The position numbers were made by a program, and so were the translations under genes. The notes under the pieces are model-generated. The model saw nothing but the letters and a program-made list of their open reading frames with translations, was not told where the DNA came from and made no database searches. Of a stretch of 64,000 bases of DNA, positions 63,797 through 64,000 are shown in pieces. The stretch lies in contig OZ024742.1 of the NCBI GenBank assembly GCA_964016885.1, forward strand, positions 1,178,001 to 1,242,000, written 5' to 3'. The DNA is from Eledone cirrhosa (lineage: Eukaryota). Numbering within the stretch: position 1 is the first letter of the stretch; each line of letters begins with the position of its first letter.

Positions 63797-64000
63797 ATTA
63801 CCTCAATATCTCCTGGCCAACCAATACCTCAATATCTCCTGGCCAACCAATACCTCAATATGTCCTGGCCAACCGATACCTCAATATCTCCTGGCCAACC
63901 AATACCTCAATATGTCCTGGCCAACCAATACCTCAATATGTCCTAGCCAACCAATACCTCAATATGCCCTGGCCAACCAATACCTCAATATGCCCTGGCC
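63797..64000. repeat. 26-bp minisatellite AATACCTCAATATCTCCTGGCCAACC, open at the window edge
   Basis: About 8 tandem copies. Confidence 0.9.

Overview
AT-rich, repeat-dense eukaryotic genomic DNA. An invertebrate, probably a cephalopod (octopus-like), is inferred from the RTE LINE and SINE types. The only host coding feature I can support is the large first coding exon of a class IX myosin on the minus strand (RA domain plus start of the motor, 22177-23001). It is flanked by two very large tandem arrays that are probably intronic: a >=17 kb 40-bp satellite and a 7.8 kb 12/15-bp satellite. The rest is a mosaic of mobile DNA. There is a Penelope-like element (RT C-terminus plus GIY-YIG) with an inverted pseudo-LTR and a fold-back junction. 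Three minimal type I hammerhead ribozyme motifs are present (33132, 59296, 62293). A young inverted pair of RTE LINEs carries a PHD-type zinc finger in the ORF. Older RTE and other LINE fragments, tRNA-derived SINEs, Helitron-like elements, minisatellites, microsatellites and two palindromes make up the remainder. Most ORFs in the track are artefacts of simple repeats.
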